A DNA stretch of 64,000 nt from an uncultured Acidobacteriota bacterium (lineage in GTDB: Bacteria; Acidobacteriota; UBA6911), in the NCBI GenBank assembly GCA_963809485.1, contig CAWEJX010000020.1:896001-960000 (forward strand), in the 5' to 3' direction. The notes under the pieces were generated by a model. The model ran no database searches and was not told the DNA's origin. It worked only from the letters and a program-made list of their open reading frames with translations. Made by a program: the position numbers and the translations under genes. Shown here piece after piece: positions 40,259-50,574 of this stretch. Each line of letters opens with the position of its first letter. Position 1 is the stretch's first letter.

Positions 40259-42693
40259 ATGTGTTTCAAACACAACATGCGGGCATATTTTGTATTGCTT
40301 GCATTGACTCTGCTGATTTTTGCCGGAGCATTTTCCTCTCTGCAGGCGCAGACAAAGCAAATGCTCCAATGGTCCAGTGATCTCAATTACCTCAAAAACG
40401 CCTCCGCGGACGAATTGACGACTAAACAAGGCCGCGATTGTGCAAATCCGCAACGGCGTGGATCTCTGGCTGAAGATGCATCCGGATACCAAAATCGATT
40501 TGCAGTCGGCCCCGCCGGAACCGTGGAACGCGGATCAGCTCCGCGACCAGGTCACCGCGCTCATAGCTGCGGTAGAAGGCATCCTGAAAGAGGATCCCAG
40601 CCGGCCGTTCGACATGGGAGTGACGATGGTCAGCGTCACGGCGGAGGCGTCGGCTCTGTCCCCGGTAGCTGACAGCTTCGACACGCACAGAAATTGTCAA
40701 CCGCCAAGCGCTGACTTCAGCCGCGGCGCTCGATTACATACCTGGAGTGGCTATCGACCACGCTTCATCAGGACGGAACGAGGCATCCATGCGCCTTCGG
40801 GGATTCACGTCAAAAGGTCAGGTCCCTGTCTACATCGACGGCATTCAGGTCAGCATGCCCTACGACGGCACGATAGATTTCAACCGTTTTCTTTCCAACG
40901 ATTTCTCAGAGGTACAGGTATCCAAGGGCTTTTCCTCTCCATTGCTTGGCCCCAATGCCCTGGGCGGTTCCATCAATCTGGTCACAAGGCAGCCGGATAA
41001 GAAGTATCAGGGGGATGTGCTTATGGGAACCGGATCTGGCGACATGCTGCTCTCGTCGGTAAATCTCGGATCCCGATGGGAAAAATTCTATCTTCAGGGT
41101 TCATTTGACTGGCTTCAGAACGATTATGTTCCTCTTTCCGACAATTTCCCGTTGAACGCTTTTCAGCCAACCAACGAACGCAACAATTCCGATACTCGCG
41201 ATGCGAAGTATTCCGGACGTTTCGCCTATACTCCAAAGGGCGAAGACCAATATGTATTCAGCTACATCAACCAGAAGGCTGAAAAAGGCGTACCCCTTTA
41301 TGCGGGACCAAATTCCGCCGCAACCTTCAACCAATTTTCCTATAGAAGGTGGCCGTATTGGAACAAAACCGCCTACTATCTCATCACCAACACCGGATTA
41401 GGCGAATCTAGTTCCATCAAGCTGCGCGCGTACTACGACCAGTTCAACAATGAGCTGGACTTTTACGACAATGCCTCCTTCTCAACCATGAACAAGGCCA
41501 CGTCGAACCACAGCTTCTATGACGACCACAGCGCCGGCGCATCCGCCGAATTCAACACACGGGCATTACCTCGGAACTTGCTCAGCGCTTCCTTCTTCTT
41601 CAGGGACGATAATCACAAGGAAATTCTCGAATATCCGGCAAAGGCGCCCTATCCGTTCATCACACCAACGCAGGTCAACAGGGCTCAGATGTTTTCCATG
41701 GGATTCCAGGATGTAATTGCGATTACAGAGCGCCTGCGCGCAACATTTGGCTTCAGCGCAGACTATATGAAGGGAATGCACATTCAGAAGCTCAACAGGG
41801 CTGAGACTGCCCTGATACCCGTCACCTGCGCATCCAACCCGGACAATGACTCCTTCCGGGGCTGCCTTGCCAGCGTGTGGAACTACAACCCGCAGGCTTC
41901 TCTTTCCTATTCGATTTCGTCGCTGGACACCGTTTACTTTACCATTGCCGACCGAGGCCGATTCCCCCTGCTAAAGGAAAGCTACTCTTACAGCCTGGGC
42001 CGGGGAATCCCGAATCCCGACCTGGAGCCGGAGCACAACACCAGCTTCAATGTCGGCTACTCGCACGCATTCCCGGGCAAGACCATGTTCCAGGTTGAAT
42101 ACTTCTACAACCGTCTCCGCAATGCGATTCAATCGGTCTACAGAGTGGATCCCGGCGGAACCGAAGATCCCTTCTGCAGCAATACCGGTTCTCAGGCAGG
42201 ATATTGCAGCCAGAACGTAAACATCGCCAGAGAGCGGCATCAGGGATTCGAGGTCAGTATCCGAAGCACGCCGATTTCGCGCCTGACCATGGACGTGAAC
42301 TACAGCTACCTCAACCGCAACATGGAGTATGATTTCGGGAACGTCGTCGATGTCAGCCAGGTCCTCACCTCGGTCCAGATTCTGCCGACCTATCCCAAGA
42401 ACAAGGTCATCTTCAATGCCACACTGAGGCTGCCGCACGAAATCCTGGCCATTGGCAATTACCGATATGAGGGCGGCATTGTCCTGCAGGATACAACCTA
42501 CAGAACCCCGCCCGGCAACCTAGCCTTTTCTTCTTCCTATGGTACAGTGGATGTAGGGGGCATTATCCCCATTTATGCGGGATTTTCCGTGCAGGCGGGC
42601 GTGAAGAATATCATCGACCGCGACTATTATTACACGGCCGGCTATCCCGAAGCGGGCCGCAGCTGGTACTTTAACGCACGCTACCGGTTCTAG
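40259..42693 (+). CDS. TonB-dependent receptor with N-terminal extension (two apparent +1 frameshifts)
   Basis: Three overlapping frames join near 40430 and 40686; plug VSKGFSSPLLGPNALGGSINLVT; NPDLEPE; C-terminal GRSWYFNARYRF. Confidence 0.88.
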
Positions 42694-42769
42694 GAACCTT
42701 CAAGGCAGCCATGAATTTCACGAATCCGTCATTCGTGTCAATTCGTGGCTGTTTTTTTATCCGGACAAC

Positions 42770-43795
42770 ATGAAGCAGACGATTCTTCCAGCCGCGTTCG
42801 CAGTAGCCCTCGCAATGCTCAGCGGCTGCAGCTATAAAACAGCGCAGGATGGGGAAACCATAACCGTTACGGACCAGCTGGGCCGCACGGTTACGGTCCC
42901 AAGGCACATGACACGCATATCTGCGCTCCATCACTTCGGCGGAAGGATCGTGTTTGCGCTGGGTCAACAGGACAAACTTGTGGAACAGAGCCTGTATGGC
43001 AGAGAGGCAAAAGCCCTGGCCGCGGTGGATCCGAAATTTGCGGCTATGCCCAAAACCCAGGCCCAGGACGGACACGCCATCAATCTCGAAAGCTTAATCG
43101 CTTTCGGACCGCAATGCGCGTTCGTCTATGCGTCCTTCGAAAAATCCGAAATGCAGCAGCTGGAAAATGCGGGGATCAAAGTCATTGCCGTCAAAGGAGA
43201 GACCCTGCAGGAAAGTTTTGATGCCGTCATGCTGATGGCCAAAGTGCTTGATTGCGAGGAAAAAGGCAGAGACTATGTGCGCGAATGTAGGCGATTGCTT
43301 TCACTGGTTCATGACCGTATCAAGGATATTCCTACCCCAAAACGCCCTCGCGTCATTTTTGCCGGCCCGAAAAGCATCTATACCCTTGCAACGGGCGAGA
43401 TGCTCCAAAGCCAGATGCTCGAACTGGCGGGCGCTGTGAATGCGGGTGCGTCATTAAGAGGCTTCTGGAGTGATGTTTCACCGGAACAGGTGGCCGCCTG
43501 GAATCCTGATGTCATTTTTATCGGATCGTCGCTTGCAACCTATGGAGTCCAGGAGGTGCTCCACAACTCACAGTTCAAATCCGTGAAGGCTGTCCGGAAC
43601 GGGAAGGTATACGTTTTCCCATCCAATATCGGCTGGTGGGATTACCCGGCTCCGCAATGTGTATTAGGCGTGGTCTGGACAGCGAAGACTCTCTATCCCG
43701 AGTGCTTCAAGGACGTGGATATTATCCGGATCGCCGATGAATTTTACGGCAGGTACCTGGGACACACATTCACATCCATGGGTGGTAGACTTTGA
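42770..43795 (+). CDS. ABC transporter substrate-binding lipoprotein (Fe-siderophore/cobalamin class)
   Basis: Lipobox LSGC; VTDQLGRTVTVP, VSPEQVAAWNPDVI, VKAVRNGKVY, WWDYP. Confidence 0.9.
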   Translation: MKQTILPAAFAVALAMLSGCSYKTAQDGETITVTDQLGRTVTVPRHMTRISALHHFGGRIVFALGQQDKLVEQSLYGREAKALAAVDPKFAAMPKTQAQDGHAINLESLIAFGPQCAFVYASFEKSEMQQLENAGIKVIAVKGETLQESFDAVMLMAKVLDCEEKGRDYVRECRRLLSLVHDRIKDIPTPKRPRVIFAGPKSIYTLATGEMLQSQMLELAGAVNAGASLRGFWSDVSPEQVAAWNPDVIFIGSSLATYGVQEVLHNSQFKSVKAVRNGKVYVFPSNIGWWDYPAPQCVLGVVWTAKTLYPECFKDVDIIRIADEFYGRYLGHTFTSMGGRL

Positions 43796-43905
43796 TTCGA
43801 AAATCCAAAATCGGGATTCGAGATTGCAGATCGCAGAATCACATCCCGGATCCAACCCAATGAAAAAGCCTCACAAGCTATTCCTCCTGCTTTTCTTTCT
43901 GCTAA

Positions 43906-45199
43906 GGCGGCGGTAATAAATAAAGGTATCAACTGACTTTAGGAATGCGGACTGATGATGTAATTCCAATCACCATGAAACTTGCTTCGCTGTATATTCA
44001 CTCGATTCATTTCTTGTTCAGTGACTTTGCGTCCTGTCGGGTATTTCCGCCGATCCAGTCTACATGTCACCTTTAGCCCTTTTGCAGTTGTTGTTCGGGC
44101 AATTAAGTTAACAACCGTTTCGTAGTCGCGCAATGGCTCGCCCCGCCAATTCGAAGAGATGAATGAAAACAGTCGATGTTCCACCTTGTTCCACTTGCTC
44201 GTCCCGGGCGGGAAATGACACACGGAAATCGAAAGACCAGTTTCGTCGGCGAGTTTCTGAAGTTCCAGCTTCCAGAGCCGCAGCCGAGTACCGTTGCTGC
44301 CTCCTGCATCCGCGGTAATGAGCAACTTCCCGGAGGGTTTATACAAGCGGTGGCCCGCAAAGCGCCACCAACCACGAATCGAGGCCACGGCGAATGCTCC
44401 GGTGTCATGATCCGTACCCACCACTACGAAGCCTCTATTGTATCGAAGGTCATAGATGCCATAGGGATGCGCCCGCGGAACAGAGGGATGGGGAAAATCA
44501 TGACCATTTACTTTTAGAGGCGTTTTCGTCGGACGCCATTGTTGGCCTTTGTTTACGTAGTTACCGATCAGTTCCTTCTTTTTGGTATCCACTGAGATAA
44601 CTGGCATTCCGGACGCCAAGGCTCGTTTTACCTGTGTATTAATGTAACGAAATTGGGCATCACGATCCGGATGATCGCCTCCTTCCTCCAGCTTGCGGTT
44701 GCTTTGCAGACTAAAGCCTTGCTCCCGGAGAAGTTGCCCAACTTTTACATAGCTAATTGTATGATGCTGACGCGTGAGTTGCGATGCCAAAGCTCGTGTA
44801 CTCTTGCAAATCCATCGCAGCGGTGATTCGGGATCCCCGCGTGTTTCCGGTTCAATCATCTGCTCCAAAAAAAAGGACAGATTGGGATCGGTCGTTGTAA
44901 TTCGTTTCCTGCCGGCTCCGCTTCTCCGAATGCGGCCCTCGGGTAGGTGTATGTCCTCGTGAAGTTCCCGTAAGCCCAAGGCGATGGCCTTCCTTGAAAG
45001 CCCGCAGGCGCGGTGCACTTTGGAGACGCCACCATATCCCAATATTTTGGCTTCGTTTGCCGCGAATAGTCGCCGTGTTCGTTCATCCAAAAAGGGCCAG
45101 AGTGAATCCAATTTGTTGCGCAGGTCCGAGAGAGTTTTCATAATTCATGAGTATATCTCTCTTTACCACTAGTTGATACCTTTATTTATTACCGCCGCC
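43906..45199 (-). mobile_element. ISAzo13-family insertion sequence (1294 bp)
   Basis: Perfect 29-bp terminal inverted repeats ggcggcggtaataaataaaggtatcaact; 3-bp TAA target duplication at 43903-43905 and 45200-45202. Confidence 0.95.
43939..45141 (-). CDS. ISAzo13-family DDE transposase
   Basis: LDERTRRL, RGDPESPLRW, HPDRDAQF, ISVDTKKKE, ITADAGGSNG, PPGTSKWNKVEHRLFS. Confidence 0.95.
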   Translation of the reverse strand: MKTLSDLRNKLDSLWPFLDERTRRLFAANEAKILGYGGVSKVHRACGLSRKAIALGLRELHEDIHLPEGRIRRSGAGRKRITTTDPNLSFFLEQMIEPETRGDPESPLRWICKSTRALASQLTRQHHTISYVKVGQLLREQGFSLQSNRKLEEGGDHPDRDAQFRYINTQVKRALASGMPVISVDTKKKELIGNYVNKGQQWRPTKTPLKVNGHDFPHPSVPRAHPYGIYDLRYNRGFVVVGTDHDTGAFAVASIRGWWRFAGHRLYKPSGKLLITADAGGSNGTRLRLWKLELQKLADETGLSISVCHFPPGTSKWNKVEHRLFSFISSNWRGEPLRDYETVVNLIARTTTAKGLKVTCRLDRRKYPTGRKVTEQEMNRVNIQRSKFHGDWNYIISPHS

Positions 45200-46168
45200 T
45201 AAGCCTGGGCATCTCGCTTTGCGTCGGGCGATACCCCATCGGGTTGCGGGGCATCGCGCAACTCCTGTTCTCGGGTTTGGGAATTAAGGATGTGCTTCCG
45301 CCGCCCAGCCAGGACACGCTGGTTATCTTCTGGAATGTGCGGCTGCCGAGAATCATCATGAGTTTCACTGTCGGCTGCGGCATTTCGATCGCAGGGGCCG
45401 TGTTTCAGGCATTGTTCCGCAATCCGCTGGCTGCACCTGAGATTTTGGGCGTTACTGCCGGGGCATCCTTCGGCGCTGCCATGGCCATCCTGTTTTTTGC
45501 CGGTGTGGCCCTGACGATACAGGGCAACGCCTTTATTTTCGGCATTGTTGCCGTTTCGCTCGCTTACCTGCTGTCGTCCAGGAGTTGGGACAAGAGTGCA
45601 TCGGTTCTGGTAATCTCAGGTATCGTGGTATCGGCATTCTTCCAGGCCGGGTTGTCCATTCTGATGTATATAGCCAATCCGTACGACCAGCTGGCGCAGA
45701 TCATTTTCTGGATCATGGGCAGTTTTCACACAGCTTCCTGGGCCAAGGTGGAGACCACACTGCCGGTTATCGTCCTGGGGTCGGCTTTGATGCTGGTTTA
45801 CCGCTGGCGGCTCAATATCATGACGCAAAATGAAGAACATGCCCTGGCGCTGGGAGTCGATGTTTTCCGCTGGCGATTCTTTTATATCGTTGTGTGCACG
45901 CTCATGGTCGCTGCTTCGGTTGCGGCAGCGGGAACGATCGCCTGGGTCGGGCTTATCGTTCCGCACATCGGGCGCTACCTGGCAGGCACGGATCACAGGA
46001 AACTGATACCTGCCACCGCTTTCCTGGGAGGAACCTTCCTGTTGCTGATGGACACTATGGCCCGTTCCATGCTGGCTTCCGAAATCCCCATCAGCATTGT
46101 TACGTCGGTGATAGGAGCGCCTTTTCTGGGGTATCTGGTCATAAGCAGAAAAAGCATGGGGGTATCCG

Positions 46169-46954
46169 GTGAGCTTGGCAGTTGAGCACCTCAGCGCCGG
46201 GTATGACAAGGTCCCGGTATTAGAAAACATAAGCCTGAGTGTCGAGCAGGGGAATATCTGCGCCCTGATGGGACGCAACGGAAGCGGAAAAACCACCATG
46301 TTGCGCTGCATCAACGCGATCCTCAAACCGTTCCAAGGAAGAGTGGTCGCCCAGGGGAAGGAGATTGGCCACCTCTCCCGGGTCGAGATCGCGCGCCTGA
46401 TAAGCCTGGTTCCGCAGGGCATTCAAACCGCATTTTCTTTCTCCTGTCTGGAGATGATCCTGATGGGCTCTGCCACCCGGATCAGGGCTTGGTCCGCACC
46501 AAGCAGAAAGGAGATCCAGCGAGCTTTGGAAATATTGGGAGAAGTGGGGATCCAAGCCCTCGCGCAACGCCCCTTCAACCAGCTCTCGGGGGGTGAACGC
46601 CAGCTGGTAATGCTTTCGCGCGCCCTGTTTCAGGACGCGCCGATTATGCTTCTGGACGAACCGAATTCCCATCTTGATTTTTCCAATCAGCACCGCATGA
46701 TGGCATTGATGCGAGAGATGGTTAAAAAACGCGGCTTGGCCGCACTGATTACGCTGCACGATCCCAACCTGGCTCTTTATTACTGCGATCGCATCGTCAT
46801 GCTTAAGGATGGCCGGATCGTCGCCCACGGTCCTGCCGGCGAAGTAATGGAAGATCATATTCTGAGGCAGGTGCTGGGGGAAAACATCCAGACCGATCGC
46901 ACAATAGGGGGGCTCCAGGTAGTAACGCCCCGGACGGCGATGACACAGAGGTAA
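46169..46954 (+). CDS. ABC transporter ATPase (FepC/BtuD-like)
   Basis: GRNGSGKTT, LSGGERQ, LLDEPNSHLD, LHDPNLA. Confidence 0.93.
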   Translation: MSLAVEHLSAGYDKVPVLENISLSVEQGNICALMGRNGSGKTTMLRCINAILKPFQGRVVAQGKEIGHLSRVEIARLISLVPQGIQTAFSFSCLEMILMGSATRIRAWSAPSRKEIQRALEILGEVGIQALAQRPFNQLSGGERQLVMLSRALFQDAPIMLLDEPNSHLDFSNQHRMMALMREMVKKRGLAALITLHDPNLALYYCDRIVMLKDGRIVAHGPAGEVMEDHILRQVLGENIQTDRTIGGLQVVTPRTAMTQR

Positions 46955-46958
46955 AACT

Positions 46959-47966
46959 ATGAAGTGCAGCTATTGCGAATGGCATTGCCGGCTGGACACG
47001 GATCAATACGGCGTTTGCCGGATGTATTATGCCGACCAGGGAGAAATCAGAGAGCGCTTTCCCGGACGGTGGTCCTACTCGGTTTCAAGGATGGAATCAC
47101 TTCCTTTCTATCACGCCTATCCCGGCAGCCGTTCCCTGGCTGTCGGCACGAGAGGCTGCAATTTCAACTGCCGTTACTGTTCGAATGCCTATATTGCTCT
47201 CCAGGATCCGGAGGCGCTTTCGCAAAACACCTATACCATGACGCCTGACGAACTGGTGTGCATGGCGCAGAAGCTGAAGTGTCACAACATCGTTTTTAAC
47301 GTGAATGAACCCACGATGTCCCTGCCAACCCTGATGGAGCTGAAAAAAAGCGCCGGAAAGGCAGGCGTTCCACTGGGGTGCCTCACCAACGCCTATGGCA
47401 CCGAGGAGTCCACAGAGCTGCTGGCATCGGTTTTTGATTTTATAAACATCGGCCTGAAAGGAATTTCATCAGGCTTTTACAGAGAGTACATCGGCATCCG
47501 GGATCTGACACCCATATTGCGCAATGTACGCCGGCTGTGTGCCATCCGGCACGTGGAGGTCACCACGCCCGTCATCGAGGGCGGCAACGACAGCGAACTG
47601 GATGCAATTGCGCAATTTCTATCCGGCATTGACCGGGAAATACCCTGGCACGTTTTCCGGCTGCTGCCCGAATATGAGATGAAGAACGCGGATTACCCCA
47701 GTATCGAAAAAATTGGCCGGGCTCTTCAGACTGCCCGAGAAAAACTGGCGTATGTGTATTTCCACAATTTCGTGGGCTCGGATTGGGTCAGCACAACGTG
47801 CCCCAATTGCAGGGCGGAGGTGATCGAACGGATCAGCCTGGGGTGCGGCGGGGACAAACTCGATAATTTCCGCTGCCTCGACAACCTCTGCCCTGAGTGC
47901 GGGCATGCCATAAGAATGCATGGGCAATTCATGGCTCCCAGGGCAGAGGGTGCGGAGGTTTCATGA
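46959..47966 (+). CDS. Radical SAM enzyme (AmmeMemoRadiSam/PflA-like)
   Basis: N-terminal CSYCEWHC...GVC, ESLPFYH, CNFNCRYC, C-terminal CPNC and CPEC. Confidence 0.88.
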   Translation: MKCSYCEWHCRLDTDQYGVCRMYYADQGEIRERFPGRWSYSVSRMESLPFYHAYPGSRSLAVGTRGCNFNCRYCSNAYIALQDPEALSQNTYTMTPDELVCMAQKLKCHNIVFNVNEPTMSLPTLMELKKSAGKAGVPLGCLTNAYGTEESTELLASVFDFINIGLKGISSGFYREYIGIRDLTPILRNVRRLCAIRHVEVTTPVIEGGNDSELDAIAQFLSGIDREIPWHVFRLLPEYEMKNADYPSIEKIGRALQTAREKLAYVYFHNFVGSDWVSTTCPNCRAEVIERISLGCGGDKLDNFRCLDNLCPECGHAIRMHGQFMAPRAEGAEVS

Positions 47967-49097
47967 GCCTGGCAATTGTGGATGCGAGAGAGTGGCAGAA
48001 CCTGTTGGACCTGCGGACCGGGAAGAAAGCCGAGGACGAAAGCCCGCAGACCTTGATGGTTCGCGATATTTTGAAGAGGCATCCCTACCCGGGAGATGTG
48101 GACGACCGAAGCAACCGATGGGTCACCGATACAGCATTGGATCTGGTCAAAGCCTACCAGCCGCAGCTCGCCTGCATTTTTTACGCCCATCAGTTTTTTG
48201 CTGGACGCTACAACCCGATGACGGATGATCAGCGGAGGAAAATGATCGAGGACGTTTTTCACGAGGTGCGCCGTTTGGTCGAGGAATCCGGATATACGCC
48301 CGTGATCGTTGGCTCGGGCGACATGGTTGAGGTGGCCGGGGAAATAGATCTGAGCAAGGTGGACGGTATAGCAATCTCGAGCCACTGGTCCGGCCGGTAT
48401 GCCGGTTTGCACAAGGCCAGCAGGCGCGACCTGGATTTCGTTCGATCGCTGGACCAGATCGAGAGGGTGGTCCGGCGGGACGAATGGATAGGTCTGTTTG
48501 GCGGAGCGGCTCACAGAACCGGAGCGCATACCGGAATACCTTCTGGTAGCCCGCGAAGGATGGACTTTTGTAACCACCGGGACCCCGATGCGCAGAGCTT
48601 TGCGGATACCGGGTGCGAGTTTCTCGATTCCTGTTTCCACGCCGTTGGGTCAGCCGGGCTCCATTACGGATATTCGCGCGCTGATCGAGCACAATCTGGG
48701 CAGCGCCAGGATCGCTTTGATCATCCTCGAAGGCCTGGGAATTCGGGACTTTCTATTGCCCTGCCATCCTTGCATCAATAGCGTGGATTGGTATTACTAC
48801 GAACCGGGGGACGCCCAATATCTGACGCTGACAACAGGCACCCACAAGGTTTTTGAATACCCCAGCGGGTATCAGTACCATGACGAAACCGACGCGAAAA
48901 CTGATTATCCGTTCTCAGGATATTTCCTGACGGTTCCGGAGAATACACTGGCGGGGGATTTTCCCGGAAAAAGCGTCGCGGTCGGCAACCACAGCATGTT
49001 CGTACACATGGTGTTCGGAGCCGATATCTGCATCGAGTGTTTCGCCCGAAACCTTGATAACCAGGGGTGCCTCGGCGTAATTCACAGGTTCAAGTGA
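47963..49097 (+). CDS. Hypothetical protein, possibly degenerate alkaline-phosphatase-like fold (one +1 frameshift near 48508)
   Basis: ATG overlaps the radical SAM stop; frames 47963-~48508 and ~48509-49097 join (...LFGGA/LTEPERIPEYLLVA...). Confidence 0.6.
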
Positions 49098-49304
49098 TTC
49101 GAGATTCGAAATTCGAGATTGAGCAAAGCTTTCGCTGATGCATTGCGCCTATGCCCGGCATAGGCCATCGATGATATCTTTGGTTGTTGGGATTTAACGA
49201 TTGGCGGACTTATCGGGAGGGCCGGAGTCGCTCAGAGCCCTCCGGCTCCGCCGGCCCTCCACTATCCAATGGCTAGAGTGATACCAACATAACATGCCTT
49301 TTAG

Positions 49305-49340
49305 TTGATTTCTAGTATTTTTTGTTATTTATTGTAATTT
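49305..49340 (+). promoter_or_regulatory. Shared promoter/operator motif, copy C
   Basis: ttgat(49305) gtatt(49315) gttat(49324) gtaat(49334), similar to copies A and B. Confidence 0.55.
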
Positions 49341-49374
49341 TTTTCTTTAAAGGCCAGACAAGGAGAATACTCAA

Positions 49375-50535
49375 ATGCCGACCCTGAGAAGGACTCCGAG
49401 TGGATTGATCCGCCTGTCCATCCCATTGGCGCTATTGGCGTTGTTGGGCGTAGCCTATTCTGCATACAAGGGCCACGCTGACGACAGAGATGTCAATGCT
49501 ATTGTGGCCGCCTATCCCGGTCTTAAGAATGCTGCGGCGGATTCCTGCGCCACCTGTCATAAGGGCGGCAAAGCTGCCGATCCCTGGAATCGCAATGCAG
49601 TGCGGAATGAAACCAACTGCGGTTACTGCCATGTGGTACACGTCAGGAGCAAGCGCGATGTCCGAGAGACCCTGAATCGCTATGGGGCCGATTATCTGGC
49701 CGCAGGTCGCAGCCTGGCGGCTATTAAGGCGCTGGCGGGCAAAGATTCGGATGGAGACAACTTCACTAACGAATCGGAATTTTTGCAGGGAACAAATCCA
49801 GGCGAAGCCGGAAGCAATCCGGCCGCGCGCATTGCGCCTCACAAAATTCTGGCATCCTCAGAAATAGGCAAATTGTCGCCTGCCATCAGCCAGAAGGTCT
49901 TTCTTAACACTTCGCACAACAAAGCCGGCGACTTCTACAACGTATACCGGGGATACAGGGTCTATGAAATGCTTCGCGCCGCCGGGATCGCCGATAACGC
50001 GGAAACGGTGGATTTTATATCGCTCGACGGCTTCGAAGGCACTTTTACAATGGACGAATTGAAGAAATCGTGGCCGCAAGCAACCCCGGTCATGGGTTTG
50101 AGCAAGAAAGAATACGGCCCCTGCGGATGGGTAAACTATAATGCACCTGGCCTGGACCCGAAGAAAGCATTACCGGATGCCAGAATCATGCTCGCAGTCG
50201 AGGAAAACGGCAAAAAGATCGAGACGGCCCGGCTTGACTCGGAAACGGGAAAAATCATCGGCACGGGACCGCTCCGCCTGGTGGATCCTCAGCACCGTAT
50301 CTCCCCGCCGGACGTGCCCATGTACGCGGAAAAAACATGCCAGGACAAGGCGGCGCCGGAGCACCGCTTCAATGAAAAATATGACCATAACGGCGGCAGA
50401 AGCTCCTTTGCCATCGTCGCCATCCGGATCAATCCGCTGCCCCGAGGCACCCGTGACTATCAATGGGAGAAAACCCGCGATCAGCTTGTGGCTGAAGGTA
50501 AACTGGTGATCTTTGGAGCCTTGAAAGGGCAATAG
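49375..50535 (+). CDS. Second exported diheme/sulfite-oxidase-fold protein, paralog of 38788-39987
   Basis: YKGH, CATCH, CGYCH, TLNRYG, DSDGD, SLDGF, GTGPLRLV, DHNGG, IRINPLP. Confidence 0.8.
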   Translation: MPTLRRTPSGLIRLSIPLALLALLGVAYSAYKGHADDRDVNAIVAAYPGLKNAAADSCATCHKGGKAADPWNRNAVRNETNCGYCHVVHVRSKRDVRETLNRYGADYLAAGRSLAAIKALAGKDSDGDNFTNESEFLQGTNPGEAGSNPAARIAPHKILASSEIGKLSPAISQKVFLNTSHNKAGDFYNVYRGYRVYEMLRAAGIADNAETVDFISLDGFEGTFTMDELKKSWPQATPVMGLSKKEYGPCGWVNYNAPGLDPKKALPDARIMLAVEENGKKIETARLDSETGKIIGTGPLRLVDPQHRISPPDVPMYAEKTCQDKAAPEHRFNEKYDHNGGRSSFAIVAIRINPLPRGTRDYQWEKTRDQLVAEGKLVIFGALKGQ

Positions 50536-50574
50536 AGAGGAAAGATTATTCGCCGAACAGGAGGAGACAGGACA

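Larger units (their letters stand above)
43860..46185 (+). pseudogene. FecCD/BtuC-type ABC permease interrupted by an IS near its 5' end
   Basis: MKKPHKLFLLLFFLL (from 43860) rejoins SLGISLCVGRYPIG in frame after removing 43906-45202; VRLPR, FRNPLAAP, WVGLIVPH motifs. Confidence 0.88.

Noticed and set aside
47964-47966. Other TGA stops as Sec codons (radical SAM, TPR protein, modC, PilZ)
   Set aside because: The domains appear complete at the stop or the TGA overlaps the next ATG; no redox-motif context.
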